A stretch of 64,000 nucleotides of DNA from Octopus vulgaris (Eukaryota), in contig OX597818.1 in assembly GCA_951406725.2 (NCBI GenBank), positions 47,182,001 to 47,246,000 on the forward strand, in the 5' to 3' direction. The notes beneath the pieces are model-generated. The model was not told where the DNA came from. It was given only the letters and a program-made list of their open reading frames with translations, and did no database searches. A program made the position numbers and the translations under genes. Positions within the stretch are counted from its first letter, which is position 1. Each line of letters begins with the position of its first letter. This document shows, in pieces, positions 1 to 12,502 of the stretch.

Positions 1-214
1 TTTAGTGAAATAAACTTTTTTGTTATCAAGGTGAGTTCATCAGTACATCAAATTTCTTAGTGCCAGCTGGCTGCTTTATCACCAGTGTATATGAGTGGCA
101 CAGCTTTTTCAAGCCATCTGCCCTCATCTAGCTAGTATACCACCTGCTAGATCAAAGAGATTTGGTCACCAACGTATTATTGTTATATGCAATCAAAAGG
201 GTGATACAATAAAA

Positions 215-520
215 CAGTGGTTCCCAAACTTTTTTGAGGCCTCCCCCCCATAAGCAGGCCACATTCCTTGTGTCCCCACCCCAATTAACCATCACAAACA
301 GACCTCTTCCTGAAGCAAATTCAAAGCAACTGCATTTCACAAATAAAACTTTACCTAACGAACCAATTATGTTGTTATTTTTACATGGATCGCTCCCCCA
401 TTATTGCCCCACTTTTTACATGCATTACTACTTCATTACTACCCCCACTTTTCTTCAACATTCCCTTGGAAATTTCCACCAACCCCAGGGGTGTAATACT
501 GCCCACTTTGGGAACTACTG
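215..520. mobile_element. hAT (Charlie-like) MITE
   Basis: TIRs CAGTGGTTCCCAAA ... TTTGGGAACTACTG; TSD is degenerate (caataaaa/ctgtaaaa). Confidence 0.7.
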
Positions 521-887
521 CTGTAAAAGAACAAAATGAATAAATGGCAACAAAGCTGTCACAAATGATACAAAGTGAATCAGAAATGTGACTAGCTCTT
601 CATTAAAATGAAAAATGATGCTGATTGTGTTTTAATGAAACATCCTTTCTAAGCAAAATATTTACAAGAGACAATAAAATAAATAAATAAATAAACAAAA
701 CAAGTTAAAAATAAAACAAGTTCAATAATTTATCAATAGGCATCAGTGATGAGTTCGTATATGGGATGAAATAAAATCTAGTCAGTCTGGATTTGAGGTA
801 GAAACAGTGAAAATTTGGTTGATTAATATTTATCAGAAATATAAAATTTCTAAGTATCTCAGAGATATGTGCAGTGGTGGAGCGACA

Positions 888-1046
888 GAGTGGCTGTATT
901 CTCTCAACTTAAGGTGACAGTCCCATGAAGGGAATCACACCACCGCTATTTAGCCCTAGGAAGCGTCGATGCTTCCTAGGGCTAAATAGCAGTGGTGTGA
1001 TTCCCTTAATGGACTGTCACGTTAAGTTGACAGTATACAACCACTC
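888..1046. repeat. Near-perfect 159-bp inverted repeat (hairpin)
   Basis: Arms include GGGAATCACACCACCGCTATTTAGCCCTAGGAAGC and GCTTCCTAGGGCTAAATAGCAGTGGTGTGATTCCC, extending to GAGTGGCTGTAT / ATACAACCACTC, with almost no loop. Confidence 0.9.
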
Positions 1047-1454
1047 GATTAATATTTACTTCAGAGTAAATATTAATAGACCATATACTATATTTGATGG
1101 CATAAAAGACACACAAACATATTACATATACTTCAATTCCAGCATGTTCAAAATCTGGAATAAAATAAGCTTATGGAAGGCCCAACTTTGCATATAGGGC
1201 CCAGGATGACATTTTGAGATACTCTTTGGAAAAAAAAAATGCATCTTACATACCATTGAGTATGGTATATATTGTGTATTTAGATTTTACATTGTTCGCC
1301 AATTAAAGCTGTAGCAATTGTGTGTTTTCGAGCAATTTGAGCTGAAATAGCTGCCAAAACTTTTATCAACAGAATTTTGTAAATTCAGTGAAAAGGTTAC
1401 ATTTTTTTCACTTGTATATGAACCAAGTTTAAAATATAAATAATTCTTTCTAGT

Positions 1455-1665
1455 TTTATCACAAGGCCAGTAATTTTAGGAAGTGGGGGCTAGTTGATTA
1501 CATTGACCCCAGTACTTGACTGGTACTTATTTCATTGACACCCCAAAAACATGAACGGTGAAGTTGGCCTTCGTAGGATCTGAACTTAGAATGTGAACAG
1601 CCAGAAGAAATGCCACCGGGTATTGTGTCCAACATGCTAATGATTCTACCATTTCACCACCTTAG
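1455..1665 (-). mobile_element. SINE family B, diverged copy
   Basis: Similar to the copies at 7.6-8.9 kb and 45.8 kb (gaccccagt...ctggtactta...gaactcagaa). Confidence 0.7.
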
Positions 1666-1687
1666 TTTAAAAATAAATAATGAATTT

Positions 1688-2061
1688 GGAAGCACTCCGT
1701 CAGTTATGACGACGAGGGTTCCGGTTGATCCGAATCAGCCTGCTCGTGAAATTAACGTGTAAGTGGCTGAGCACTCCATAGACACGGGTACCCTTAACGT
1801 AGTTCTCGGGGATATTCAGCGTGACACAGAGAGTGACAAGGCCGGCCCTTTGAAATACAGGTACAACAGAAACAGGAAGTAAGAGTGAGAGAAAGTTGTG
1901 GTGAAAGAGTACAGCAGGGATCACCACCATCCCCTGCCGGAGACTCGTGGAGCTTTAGGTGTTTTCGCTCAATAAACACTCACAACGCCCGGTCTGGGAA
2001 TCGAAACTGCGATCCACTGACTGCGAGTCCGCTGCCCTAACCACTGGGCCATTGCACCTCC
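1688..2061 (-). mobile_element. tRNA-derived SINE family C with 21-bp TSD, just downstream of the METTL15 stop codon
   Basis: Head has A box TGGCCCAGTGG and B box GTTTCGATTCC on the minus strand. TSD TTAAAAATAAATAATGAATTT at 1667-1687 and 2062-2082. Confidence 0.9.
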
Positions 2062-2080
2062 TTAAAAATAAATAATGAAT

Positions 2081-2498
2081 TTAAGAGCTGCATTTAATAG
2101 CAGCCCTTAATTTGGCGGATCGAGCTCGAGGATTCCGTTTAACTTCTGTAGGATCAGGAACAATAACTTTCTTTTGTATAGGGTTCCATTTCTTTGATAT
2201 AATCCCTTGCACAGAAGCTTCATTGTATATTTTGGAAGGACTCAGAAACTGATGAGAGCTTAAAGACATGTTCTTAGAAGCATTAATGTCAATTCCATGA
2301 AAATGTCTTTTGACAATACGGTCTTCAAGAGAATGAAAAGAAATAGCTGCACAAACGCCTTCTTCTTTTAGATAACTGTGAGCGACAAGTAATCCGTTCG
2401 ACAGCTGGTTTAGTTCATTGTTCACAAATATACGTAACGCTTGAAATGTTTTCGTTGCAACATGGGCTGGTCTTTGGAGTTTATCGAGTTTCATTGGA
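2081..2498 (-). CDS. METTL15: METTL15 last coding exon
   Basis: Acceptor TTCTTTTTTCAG; [29 protein letters not shown]...[12 protein letters not shown]...[17 protein letters not shown] carries the RsmH C-terminal motifs. Stop TAA at 2083-2081. Confidence 0.97.
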
Positions 2499-2717
2499 CT
2501 GAAAAAAGAAAGGAAATTTTTAAGTAAATAAAGCAAAATTAATAATGTTAATTTGAAATCGTAGTCGTGGACCATGCCACTGCTGTCTGACTGACATACA
2601 AACACCCAGCACATTCTGCAAAGTGGTTATCATTGGTAAGGCCATCCAGCCACAGAAACCATGCCAAAACAGACAATTGGAGTCTGGGCCGATCTTCATC
2701 TGGCCAACTCCTGTTAA

Positions 2718-2927
2718 CCCTTTTGATACCAACCGGCTCTTGCTCTGTGGTACAAATGTCTTGTTTTCAAAAGTTTTGAATTAAAGTCTTCCACCAAACC
2801 TTAGTCACAATTTATGTTCCTAACACTTGTTTAATGATAACTAAGTTATTTTACTAAATTCTTTGTTATATTTAAAGTAATTGAAAGAAACACAGAGCAT
2901 CTCAAAATAAATACAGTAACGAAAGGG
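2718..2927. mobile_element. piggyBac-type MITE
   Basis: TTAA|CCCTTT ... AAAGGG|TTAA, interrupting a family D element. Related copies at about 10595-10790 and 12390-12990. Confidence 0.8.
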
Positions 2928-3916
2928 TTAAACCATCCAACCCATGCCAGCATGAAAAACAGATGTTAAATGATGATGATGATGATGATGATGATGACTT
3001 TTGTTGAAATACACTGCCTTTCTTACATTTAATTTTTGAAAAAAATACAGAATTTGTTATTACTAGGCTGATATTTGTACTGCTTTGTATCACGGAACCA
3101 AGGGTGGTCTCAAGCAGATTGATATTAAAAGGGTTAAATATGCTATGTGTTGCTTCACATACTTATACTGCTTTCAGCTATTCTTATCTTTAAGTGCTTC
3201 GTGCAATCTAACCTCTATTTCAAAATGTCACTCTCACCTAACACACAAACCAGTCTTTTTAGATTTCTTTGTTGCTTTCTTTCTCTCTCACATTTCCTCC
3301 TTCACTGCCAAATGTTTCCTTGTAATTCACCTGCAAATCTCACTCTGTCCCTCTGGAGATTTTATAGGTTTTTTTTGTCTTTACAAAGAAATGTGTCCTA
3401 TGTTTTGATGAAGGCAACATTTAAGAGTGTAGGCATTCGGGAATAATAAAATCAATAAGTCAAAGAAACAGAGCAGTTTGATCTGTCGAAGAGAGACATT
3501 ACTGACTTATTTCAAAGTAATAAAACAACACCTTCACCCACTTCGCTAAGAAATGATTTTTCTCTTCAGAACCAAAGAATATTCGAGTGATGAGTAACTA
3601 TTGACTCTCAAATCATTTCCCTCATAATATGGAGTGGGTTTCTCATACTTGGCATGGTTGTAAATATTTTTATCACTAACATGCTGGACAACATTCAGAA
3701 AACTTACTTGATCAATAATACATTTTTGCATGCTGAAAATCTTTAATCATAAGGTTTTGTGCTTTGTCAGTTCTTTTTATTATGTACCACCACCACAACA
3801 ACAAGAAGAAGAACTAGAACAACAACCACAAGAAGAATAACAACAATAACAGAAACTTTTCTACAAAACTGGTTTGTTGCACAAAATTGGTTGCATTCAG
3901 TTCTGTCTCTTTTTTT

Positions 3917-4315
3917 CTCTTTTACTTGTTTCAGTCATTTGACTGTGGCCATGCTGGAGCACCACTTTTAAGTCGAGCAAATTGACCCCAGGACTTATTC
4001 TTTGTAAGCCTAGTACTTATTCTATCGGTCTCTTTTGCTGAACTGCTAAGTTACGGGGATGTAAACACACCAGCATTGGTTGTCAAGCGATGTTGGGGGG
4101 ACAAACACAGACACACAAACGTATACACACACACATATATATACACCCATACAACAAACGTCTTTCAATTTCCGTCTACCAAATCCATTCACAAGTCTTT
4201 GGTCGGCCCGAGGCTATAGTAGAAGACACTTGCCCGAGGTGCCATGCAGTGGGAATGAACTCGGAACCATGTGGTTGGTAAGCAAGCTACTTACCACACA
4301 GCCACTCCTATGCCT
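3917..4315 (-). mobile_element. tRNA-derived SINE family A (internal CA/TA microsatellite, GAGTAAAA tail)
   Basis: Head AGGAGTGGCTGTGTGGTAAG with a B-box-like GTTCA motif; highly similar to many other copies in the window. Confidence 0.9.
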
Positions 4316-5652
4316 ATGTACATATTGTTCCAGGGTGAATGTTGCATATGAAGCTTATCTTATCATTTATGACACTTTGTTTATCCGCAACAGAAATGCA
4401 TTAAGAACATTTCACACAGTTCAGTATTTTTAGAACTGTAGTGGTTAAGAACATTATCTTTCTATATATATTTCTGCCACACACACACACACACAGTGCC
4501 ATATTAAGACCCAGAAAGGCCTTAAGTACTAAAAAAATTTTGGTGTCCCCATATATATGTAATTCAAAATATAAACAATGATAAACCATAAAATAAATTT
4601 TTATCTTTCAAAATTAAGCAAAACTAACAGTAAGACAGAAAATAATGTCTAATTTTGTATCCTTCCACTTTTATTTATATTTGAAAAGTTTTCTCCACCT
4701 TTTTTCTTAATTGTAAGACCCTCAAAATTAATCTTACATAGCATATCTGCTTCTGTATTTAGTAGAGATAAAGCAACATGAATATCATTTTAGCAAGTTT
4801 AAAGTGATTTCTTTTGTGCCTTAAACTATTTACCATTTCTGTGGTGCTCCTGTTTCCCTTGAAGCCCTAAGCATGTGCTTATTTCACTTAATGATTAATC
4901 TAGCACTGGCAACACATTACCTTACAACTTTTCAAAGGTTAGTGTCAGAAGTTCAAAATTTCTGATATTCATCTTCACACTTCTGATCAAAAGAAATCCT
5001 TAACAAACTACAATGTTTTCCCTCAAACAAAAAAAAAAATCCATCAACTTTGTTAGTGGTCAGCACCAACAAGGCCCAAAGGATTATTCAATCTAAATAT
5101 CACATTCTTCACATAAATTAATTCTTAATAGAAAGTAAATGGATCTCATTAGGTAATTAATATTTTAACAAATGCTCCCCACTTGTAATTGGACCTGATC
5201 GTTGATTTAATTAAGACTGTGCAATGATAATTAATTACAGTGTTCTGACATTAGAAGAGCCGGTCAGCCCTTTATTGTAGTAAAGCATACTTTGTTACAG
5301 TTGTTGATTGTTGTAGTTGGACAGAACAGTTAACTATGGCAATGCTGGAGCACTACCATAATGGGCTTATGATGTGGTGAGAGTTATTGTCAACCCCGTG
5401 GGATTGGAAGAATGGACTTGCCAAACTCTTAAAAAGAGTAGCGTACTGGTTGAAATCGGAGAAGTCGTAAGAGTCATTGAGAGTTCGTGGAAGTTGTTGA
5501 GATTGTTGAGAGTTTGTATTTATTGTAGTATCATGTTTAGTGGAGTAATTTGAAGTACGTTGTGTGAAGACAGTTGTGTCTGTCCCTGATTTGTGAAATC
5601 TGTATATCCAATGCATAGAAGGATATAAAAGTTTAGTACTTCTTTTGAAGGT

Positions 5653-5955
5653 GGAGGCGCAATGGCCCAATGGTTAGGGCAGCGGACTTGTGGCTGGAGG
5701 ATCGTGGTTTCGATTCCCAGACCGGGCGTTGTGTGTGTTTATTGAGCAAAAACACCTAAAGCTCCATGAAGCTCCAGCAGTGGGTGGTGGTGACTCCTGT
5801 TGTACTCTTTTGCCACAACTTTGTCTCATTCTCTCTTCCTGTTTCTTGAGTAACACTGCAATAGACTGGCATCCTGTCCAGCTGGGGGGAACACATATGC
5901 CACAGAAACTGGAAAACCGGGCCCATGAGCCTGGCTAGGCTTGAAAAGGGTGGAA
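5653..5955 (+). mobile_element. SINE family C
   Basis: GGAGGCGCAATGGCCCAATGGTTAGGGC...GGTTTCGATTCCC; same head as 1688-2061 and 16855-17098. Confidence 0.85.
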
Positions 5956-6877
5956 AAAAAACCCCCTTCTTTTGAAGTCTGGTACTTGTTTTATCAGCCT
6001 CTTTTGCTGAACTGCTAAGTTAACTGGTACTCCGTTGGTTATGATGAAGTCCCAGTAGATCCAATCAATGGTACGGCCTGCTAGTGAAATTAACATTGAT
6101 GTGGTCGAGCACTCCACAGACACGTGTACCCTTAACGTTGTTCTCAGGGAGATTCAGTGTGACACAAAAAGTAACAAGGCTGGCCCTTTGAATTACAGGT
6201 ACTACTCATTTTTGCCAGCTGAGTAGACAGGAGCAATGTGAAAATAAAATGTCTTGTTCACGGACGCAATGCGCTACCAGGGATTGAACTCATGACCTAA
6301 CAAATGTGAGCTGAATACTCAAACCACAGACCCATATACCTTCACAATCAAACATGGCAAGACAAAGAAGCAAATGTTAAGCCTTTCATCACCATATTTC
6401 TGATGATACACCACTACTTATGATTTACAATTAATATTTTATATCTTTTCTTGTCATTTGAGTGTGGTCATGCTGGAGCATTACCTTCAAGGGTACTTAT
6501 TTTAAAATTTGGTATTTATAGTATCGGTCTCTTACGCTGGACTGTTAAGTTACAGGGCCATAAACAAACAAATACTAGTTGTAAGAGTGGTGGGGCGGAC
6601 AAATACAAAGAAACACACACATATAGATAATAGGCTTCTACACAGTTTCCATCATCAAATTTACTCACAAGGCATTGGTCAACCTAGAGCTATAGAAAAA
6701 GACACTCACTCAAGATGCTGCACATGGTTGCAAAGTGAGCTTCTCAACCATAGACATGCCTGCACAACTTTTACAATTTACAAAAATCGAAAAAAAAAAA
6801 ATTAAGAAAAAATTGATAACTAATTTAATTAAAAATAGCATAACTAATTTAATTGCATTTTAAAGCTGATTTTTAGA

Positions 6878-7495
6878 ATCATCATCATCATCATCATCAT
6901 TTAATGTCCGCTTTCCATGCTAGCATGGGTTGGACGATTTGATTGAGGACTGGTGAACCAGATGGCTGCGCCAGGCTCCAATCTTGATCCGGCAGAATTT
7001 CTACAGCTGGATGCCCTTCCTAACACCAACCACTCCGAGAGTGTAGTGGGTGCTTTTACGTGCCACTGGCACGAGGGCCAGTCAGGTGGTACAGGCAATG
7101 GCCCCGGAAAAATCATGTTTTTTTTTTCCATTTTTTATTTTTTACATGTCACCTGCACACCGGCACAAGTGCCAATAAGGTGACGCTGGTAACGATCATG
7201 CTCAAATGGGGCTTTTTATGTGCCACCGGCACAAACGCCAGTTAGCTGCTCTGGCAACAATCATGCTCAGATGGTGCTCTTAGTGCTCCACTAGCACGGA
7301 TGCCAGTCATCGAATTTGATTTCGATTCCGATTTCACTTGCCTCAACAGGTCTTTGCAAGCAGTGTCCAATGAAGGGAAGGTACGCATAAGTGGGCTGGT
7401 TACAACCCTGGCATAGGCCACAAGGTTATGGTCTCACTTGGCTTGCCGGGTCTTCTCAAGCACAGCATATTTCCAAAATTCTTGGTCACTGGTCA
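6878..7495 (-). mobile_element. Family D SINE-like element with (GAT)n tail, probably RTE-related
   Basis: (CAT)n followed by TTTAATGTCCGCTTTCCATGCTAGCATGG...GGATGCCCTTCCTAAC. Copies at about 10055-10256, 11570-12051, 12503-12880, 15571-15895, 16360-16556 and 60598-60737. Confidence 0.8.
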
Positions 7496-7612
7496 ATTGC
7501 ATATTTCATAACTTTATAAAGAGACTTAAATACTTATTGTGGAATGTCTTCATTTAAATACAACCTTTTTATAACAGCCAGCTTTATATCATAGAATCAG
7601 AAGCTGTCTGAA

Positions 7613-8972
7613 TTAAATATAATCCTCCACTATAGGCACAAGGCCTGACATTTTTTTGGGAAGAGGGCCAGTCAATTACATCAACCCCAGTGTGTAACTG
7701 GTACTTAATTTATCAACCCCAAAAGGATGAAAGGCAAAGTCGACCCCAGTGGCATTTGAATTCAGAACGTGATGACAGACGAAATACTGCTAAGCATTTT
7801 GCCTGGCGTGCTAATGATTCTGCCAACTTGCCACATTAAAAGGTTTATATATAATCCTTTCTACTATAGGCACAAGGCCTGAAATTTTTTTTTTTTTTGG
7901 GGGGGGGAGTCAATTACATCAACCCCAGTATGCAACTGATACTTAATTTATTGACTCCAGAAAGATGAAAGGCAAAGTTGGCACCAGTAGCATTTGAACT
8001 CAGATCATAATAACAGATGAAATACCGCTAAGCACTTCACCCGGTGTGCTAACGATTCTGCCAGCTTCCCACTTTAAAAGGATTAAATATAATCATTTCT
8101 GCTATAGACACAAGGCCTGAAATTTGAGGGGAGGGGGCCAGTCGATTAGATTGACCCCAGTATGCAACTGGTACTTAATTTATCAACTCAGAAAGAATGA
8201 AAGGCAATGTCAACCCCGGCGGCATTTGAACTCAGAACATGATGACAGATGAAATACTGCAATGCATTTTCCCTGGCATACTAATGATTCTGCCAGCTTG
8301 CCGCCTTAAAAGGATTAAATATAATCCTTTCTACTATAGGCACAAGGCCTGAAATTTTGGGGGAGGGGACCAGTCAATTAGATTGACCCCAGTATGCCAC
8401 TGGTACTTAATTTATTGACCCTGAAAGGATGAAAAGCAAAGTAGACCCTGGCGGCATTTGAACTGAGAACATGACGACAAACGAAATACCTATTTCTTTA
8501 CTACCCACAAGGGGCTAAACACAGAGGGGACAAACAAGGACAGACACACGGATTAAGTCGATTACATCGACCCCAGTGCATAACTGGTACTTATTTAATT
8601 GACCCCGAAAGGATGAAAGGCAAAGTTGACCTTGGCAGAATTTGAACTCAGAATGTAGCAGCAGACGAAATACCGCTAGCATTTCGCCCGGCATGCTAAC
8701 GTTTCTGCCAGCTCGCCGTCTTCAAAGGATTAAATATAATCCTTTTCTACTATAGGCACAATGCCTGAAATTTGTGGGGAGGGGGCCAGTCGATTAGATT
8801 GACCCCAGTATGCCACTGGTACTTAATTTATTGACCCTGAAAGGATGAAAAGCAAAGTCGACTTCGGCAGAATTTGAACTCAGAACCTAATGGCAGACGA
8901 AATACCGCTAAGCATTGCGTCTGGCATGCTAACGATTCTGCCAGCTCACTGCCTTAAAAGAAGTAAATATAA
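7613..8972 (-). repeat. Head-to-tail tandem array of SINE family B (about 235-bp units, 5 units plus one nested)
   Basis: Unit starts near 7613, 7847, 8083, 8315 and 8729 (TTAAATATAATCC...TATAGGCACAAGGCCTGAAAT); a variant copy is joined in at about 8491. Confidence 0.9.
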
Positions 8973-8997
8973 TGACAAATGATTTAGACACATTTAC

Positions 8998-9192
8998 CTG
9001 TCAAATACACTGGCTACGATGGCTACCAACTGATGTGTAGTTACAATTTTCCCAAATGCAGCCCGAAACTGTACAATAGCATGAGCTATATCGTGAGCTT
9101 TCTTCTCCTCTCCATATTTCTTGATAAGTTCCTGCAAACTTTTTTCATCCAAAGTGTTTACCACATCAGCAGCAGTAGGCTGGTCAGCTTCC
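8998..9192 (-). CDS. METTL15: METTL15 coding exon 4
   Basis: Acceptor TTTTCCTAG; EADQPTAADVVNTLDEKSLQELIKKYGEEKKAHDIAHAIVQFR...TTHQLVAIV contains TAAxxVN and YGEE motifs. Donor AG|GTAAAT. 195 nt, phase 2-2. Confidence 0.95.
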
Positions 9193-9435
9193 CTAGGAAA
9201 ATATTTTGATATATTTGTTATAAAATATAGCAAAACAAACAGACAATAAAATATGATGTTATGCTATGAAAAAAAAAGCTCCCAGTACTCTCTGTAAAGA
9301 AACTGGCATTAGGTAGTGTATCCAGCTGTAGAAACTTTGTCAAAGTAGACACTGGAGACCAACACAGCCCTCAGGGTAACCAGATCCTCTCTAATTGTCC
9401 AACTCATGCCAGCATAGAATACAAATGTTAGATAC

Positions 9436-9842
9436 TCTTACTCTTTTACTTGTTTCATTCATTTGACTGCGGCCATGCTGGAGCACCACCTTTTAGTTGA
9501 GCAAATTGATCCCAGGACTTATTCTTTGTAAGCCTAGTACTTATTTGATCGGTCTCTTTTGCCGAACTGCTAAGTTACGGGGACGTAAACACATCAGTAT
9601 CGGTTGTCAAGCAATGTTGGGGGGACAAACACAGACACACAAACATATACACACATACATACATACATATATATATATATATACATATATATGATGGGCT
9701 TCCTTCAGTGTCCGTCTACCAAATCCACTCACACGGCTTTGGTCAGCCCAAGGCTATAGTAGAAGACACTTGCCCAAGGTGCCATGCAGTGGGAACAAAC
9801 CCGGAACCATGTGACTGGTAAGCAAGCTACTTACCACACAGT
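9436..9842 (-). mobile_element. SINE family A
   Basis: Matches the other family A copies. Confidence 0.9.
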
Positions 9843-11569
9843 TTTCCATGCTAGCATGGGTTGGACGATTTGACTGAGGACTGGCGAGTCAGCAGTAAAC
9901 CAGTGTCACTATCATACAAAGTGGTGTCACATGCAATTGTCCAGGGAAACACATGAGGAAATATTACTGCCTTGCTTGGAAACAGGTGAAGGTTGGCAAC
10001 AGGAAAGTCATCCGGTACGTAAAAAGCACTAACCAAATGTGATCGATATCAGGGCCTCCTGACTGGCTCCTGTGCCAGTGGCACGTAAAAAGCACCCACT
10101 ACACTTTTGGAGTGGTTGGTATTAGGAAGGGCATCCAACTGTAGAAACATTGCAAGATCAGATTGGAGCCTGGTGCAGCTGCTGGCTTTCCAGACCTCAG
10201 TCAAACCGTTCGACCCATGCCAGCATTTAAACGAACGTTAAGCAATGATGATGATGAAATTTCACCTGCCCCATTTGAGTATTGGATGATGACAATGACG
10301 ATGATGATGGTGGTGGTGGTGGTGCTGATGATGATGATTATGATGATCTAATGCAGGAGTTCTCAAAGAATGCATACATTAAAGAGTATCTAAGTGAAAC
10401 ATGGATTAAAAAAAAATATGGCTTAAGGATTTGGAAAACCTATATTAATACTTGAGTGTCTTGAAAATAAAACATGTTATTCATAATTTTTGTTACCAAC
10501 ATGAATGACTTGGGTTCGGTCCCACTTCATGGTACCTTGGGCAAGTGTCTTCCACTATAACCCTGGATTGACCAAAACCTTTTGAATGGATTTAACCCTT
10601 TCATTACTGTATTTATTTTGAGATTCTCTGTATTTCTTTCAATTACTTTAAATATAACAAAGAATTTAGTAAAATAACTTAGTTACCATTCAGCTAGTGT
10701 TAGGAACATAAATTGTGACTAAAGTTTGGTGGAAGATTTTAATTCAAAACTTATAAAAAACAAGACATTTGTACTCAGAGCCAGAGCCGGAAACTGAAAC
10801 AAGCCTGTCATACATACATGCATGCATATATCATGTATGTATATAAATATGCATGTGTTTGTGTTTACTCTTGTCTAGACATCATGTGATGGTTATAAAT
10901 GAGTCTATCTTCTCCATAACTTCCTTACACCTTGCTCCATTCCCTCTTTCCCTTCCTGATATACAGGGTGTTTAGGTTAAATTTGATTATTTTTCATAAA
11001 TGAACATTTCAGGTTGTTTTGGACCTTTTTCTTACTCTCAGATATGTCAAAAATTAACAATGAAGCACAATGTTAAGAAATTAATGGTAATCATTAAGAA
11101 ATAAAGGTAACCATTATTGTCTAAATTTGTCTTCAACAGCTTAGGTAGTATCTTCTTTTATCTTTTACTTGATTCAGTCATTAAACTGTGGCCATACTGG
11201 GGCACTATCTTCAAGACTTTAACAGAACAAATTGACCCCTGTACATATTTTTTAAGACTAGTGCTCATTCTATTAGTCTCTTTTGCCAAACCACTAAGTT
11301 ACAGGACATAAACATCACCACTAATTTATAGGACACAACAACAAGTGCTAGGGAAGACAAACACAAACACACAACACACAGTTTTCTTCTACCAAATTCA
11401 CTCAAATGGCACTGGTCAGTCTGGAGCTGCAATAGAGAACACTTGCCAAGGTGCCATGCAGAGGGACTGAACTTGAAACCATGTGGTAACAAAGCAAGCT
11501 TCTTAATCGCACAGCCATGCTACTGCCTATGGAAATTAAATAAACTAATCTTAGAAAATATCCAAATCG

Positions 11570-12051
11570 TTGACAGAGCGGCTAACCGGCTTCCGTGCCA
11601 GTGGCACATAAAAGGGCACCATTCAAGTATGATCGTTACCAGCGTCGCCTTACTGGCACTTGTGCCTGTGCTAGTAGGGTGCCAAGAGCACCATCTGAGC
11701 GTGATCGTTGCCAGAGCAGCCAACTGGCTTCCGTGCCAGTGGCACGCAAAAGGGCACCATTCGAGCGTGATCGTTAGCAACGTCGCTTCACTGGCACCTG
11801 TGCCGGTGGCATTTGTAAAAAGATTCAAGCGAGGTCATTGCCAGTACCGCCTGACTGGCCCCCATGCTGGTGGCATGTAAAAAGCACCCACTACACTCTC
11901 GGAGTGGTTGGCGTTAGGAAGGGCATCCAGCTGTAGAAACTCTGCCAGATCAAGATTGGAGCCTGGTGCAGCCATCTGGTTCGCCAGTCCTCAGTCAAAA
12001 TCGTCCAACCCATGCTAGCATGGAAAGCAGATGTTAAACGATGATGATGAT
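11570..12051 (+). mobile_element. Family D element
   Basis: GGCGTTAGGAAGGGCATCCAGCTGTAGAAAC...GTTAAACGATGATGATGA, with an internal duplication of roughly 140 bp. Confidence 0.85.
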
Positions 12052-12124
12052 CCAAAATAGTTTCAAGAATATAAATGTTTGGAAAGAAGAAACACATCAA
12101 AATATAAGCTGAATTAATCCAAAC

Positions 12125-12319
12125 CTTAATCCATTCATTCTCATATCCAAATTACCATTGAGACTGAGAGAAAAGCCTCGATTTGCAGCACTGTATTGCA
12201 TAGATGAGGCTCCTGCATCAAGAAGAACACTGTGGATGGAGTTTGTTGGCACTTGGTGTTGTTGCAGCAGATGTGGCAGATCTTCGAATGTTCCTAACAA
12301 AGGGAGTATCTTACAGTGG
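12125..12319 (-). CDS. METTL15: METTL15 coding exon 3
   Basis: Acceptor CTGTCTTTCCAG; HCKILPLLGTFEDL...LLDAGASSMQYSAANRGFSLSLNGNLDMRMNGL contains DxGxSSxQ, RGFS and LDMRM motifs. Donor AG|GTTTGG. 195 nt, phase 2-2. Confidence 0.95.
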
Positions 12320-12502
12320 CTGGAAAGACAGAAAATATAAAGGAAATGATGTGGAACAAATAGGGTAATTAATTCTTCATTTGTTCAATGAACTCTTTTG
12401 ATACCAACCTGACAGAGACCAACCTTAGTTCTATGGTATAAACTTTCTGTTTCAAAGTCATCTAAATTTAAGCATTTCATGTTATTGTTCTAAGTATCAG
12501 CT

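Noticed and set aside
5653-5730. tRNA gene
   Set aside because: A and B boxes are present, but the sequence continues into a SINE body in several copies and I found no full cloverleaf.
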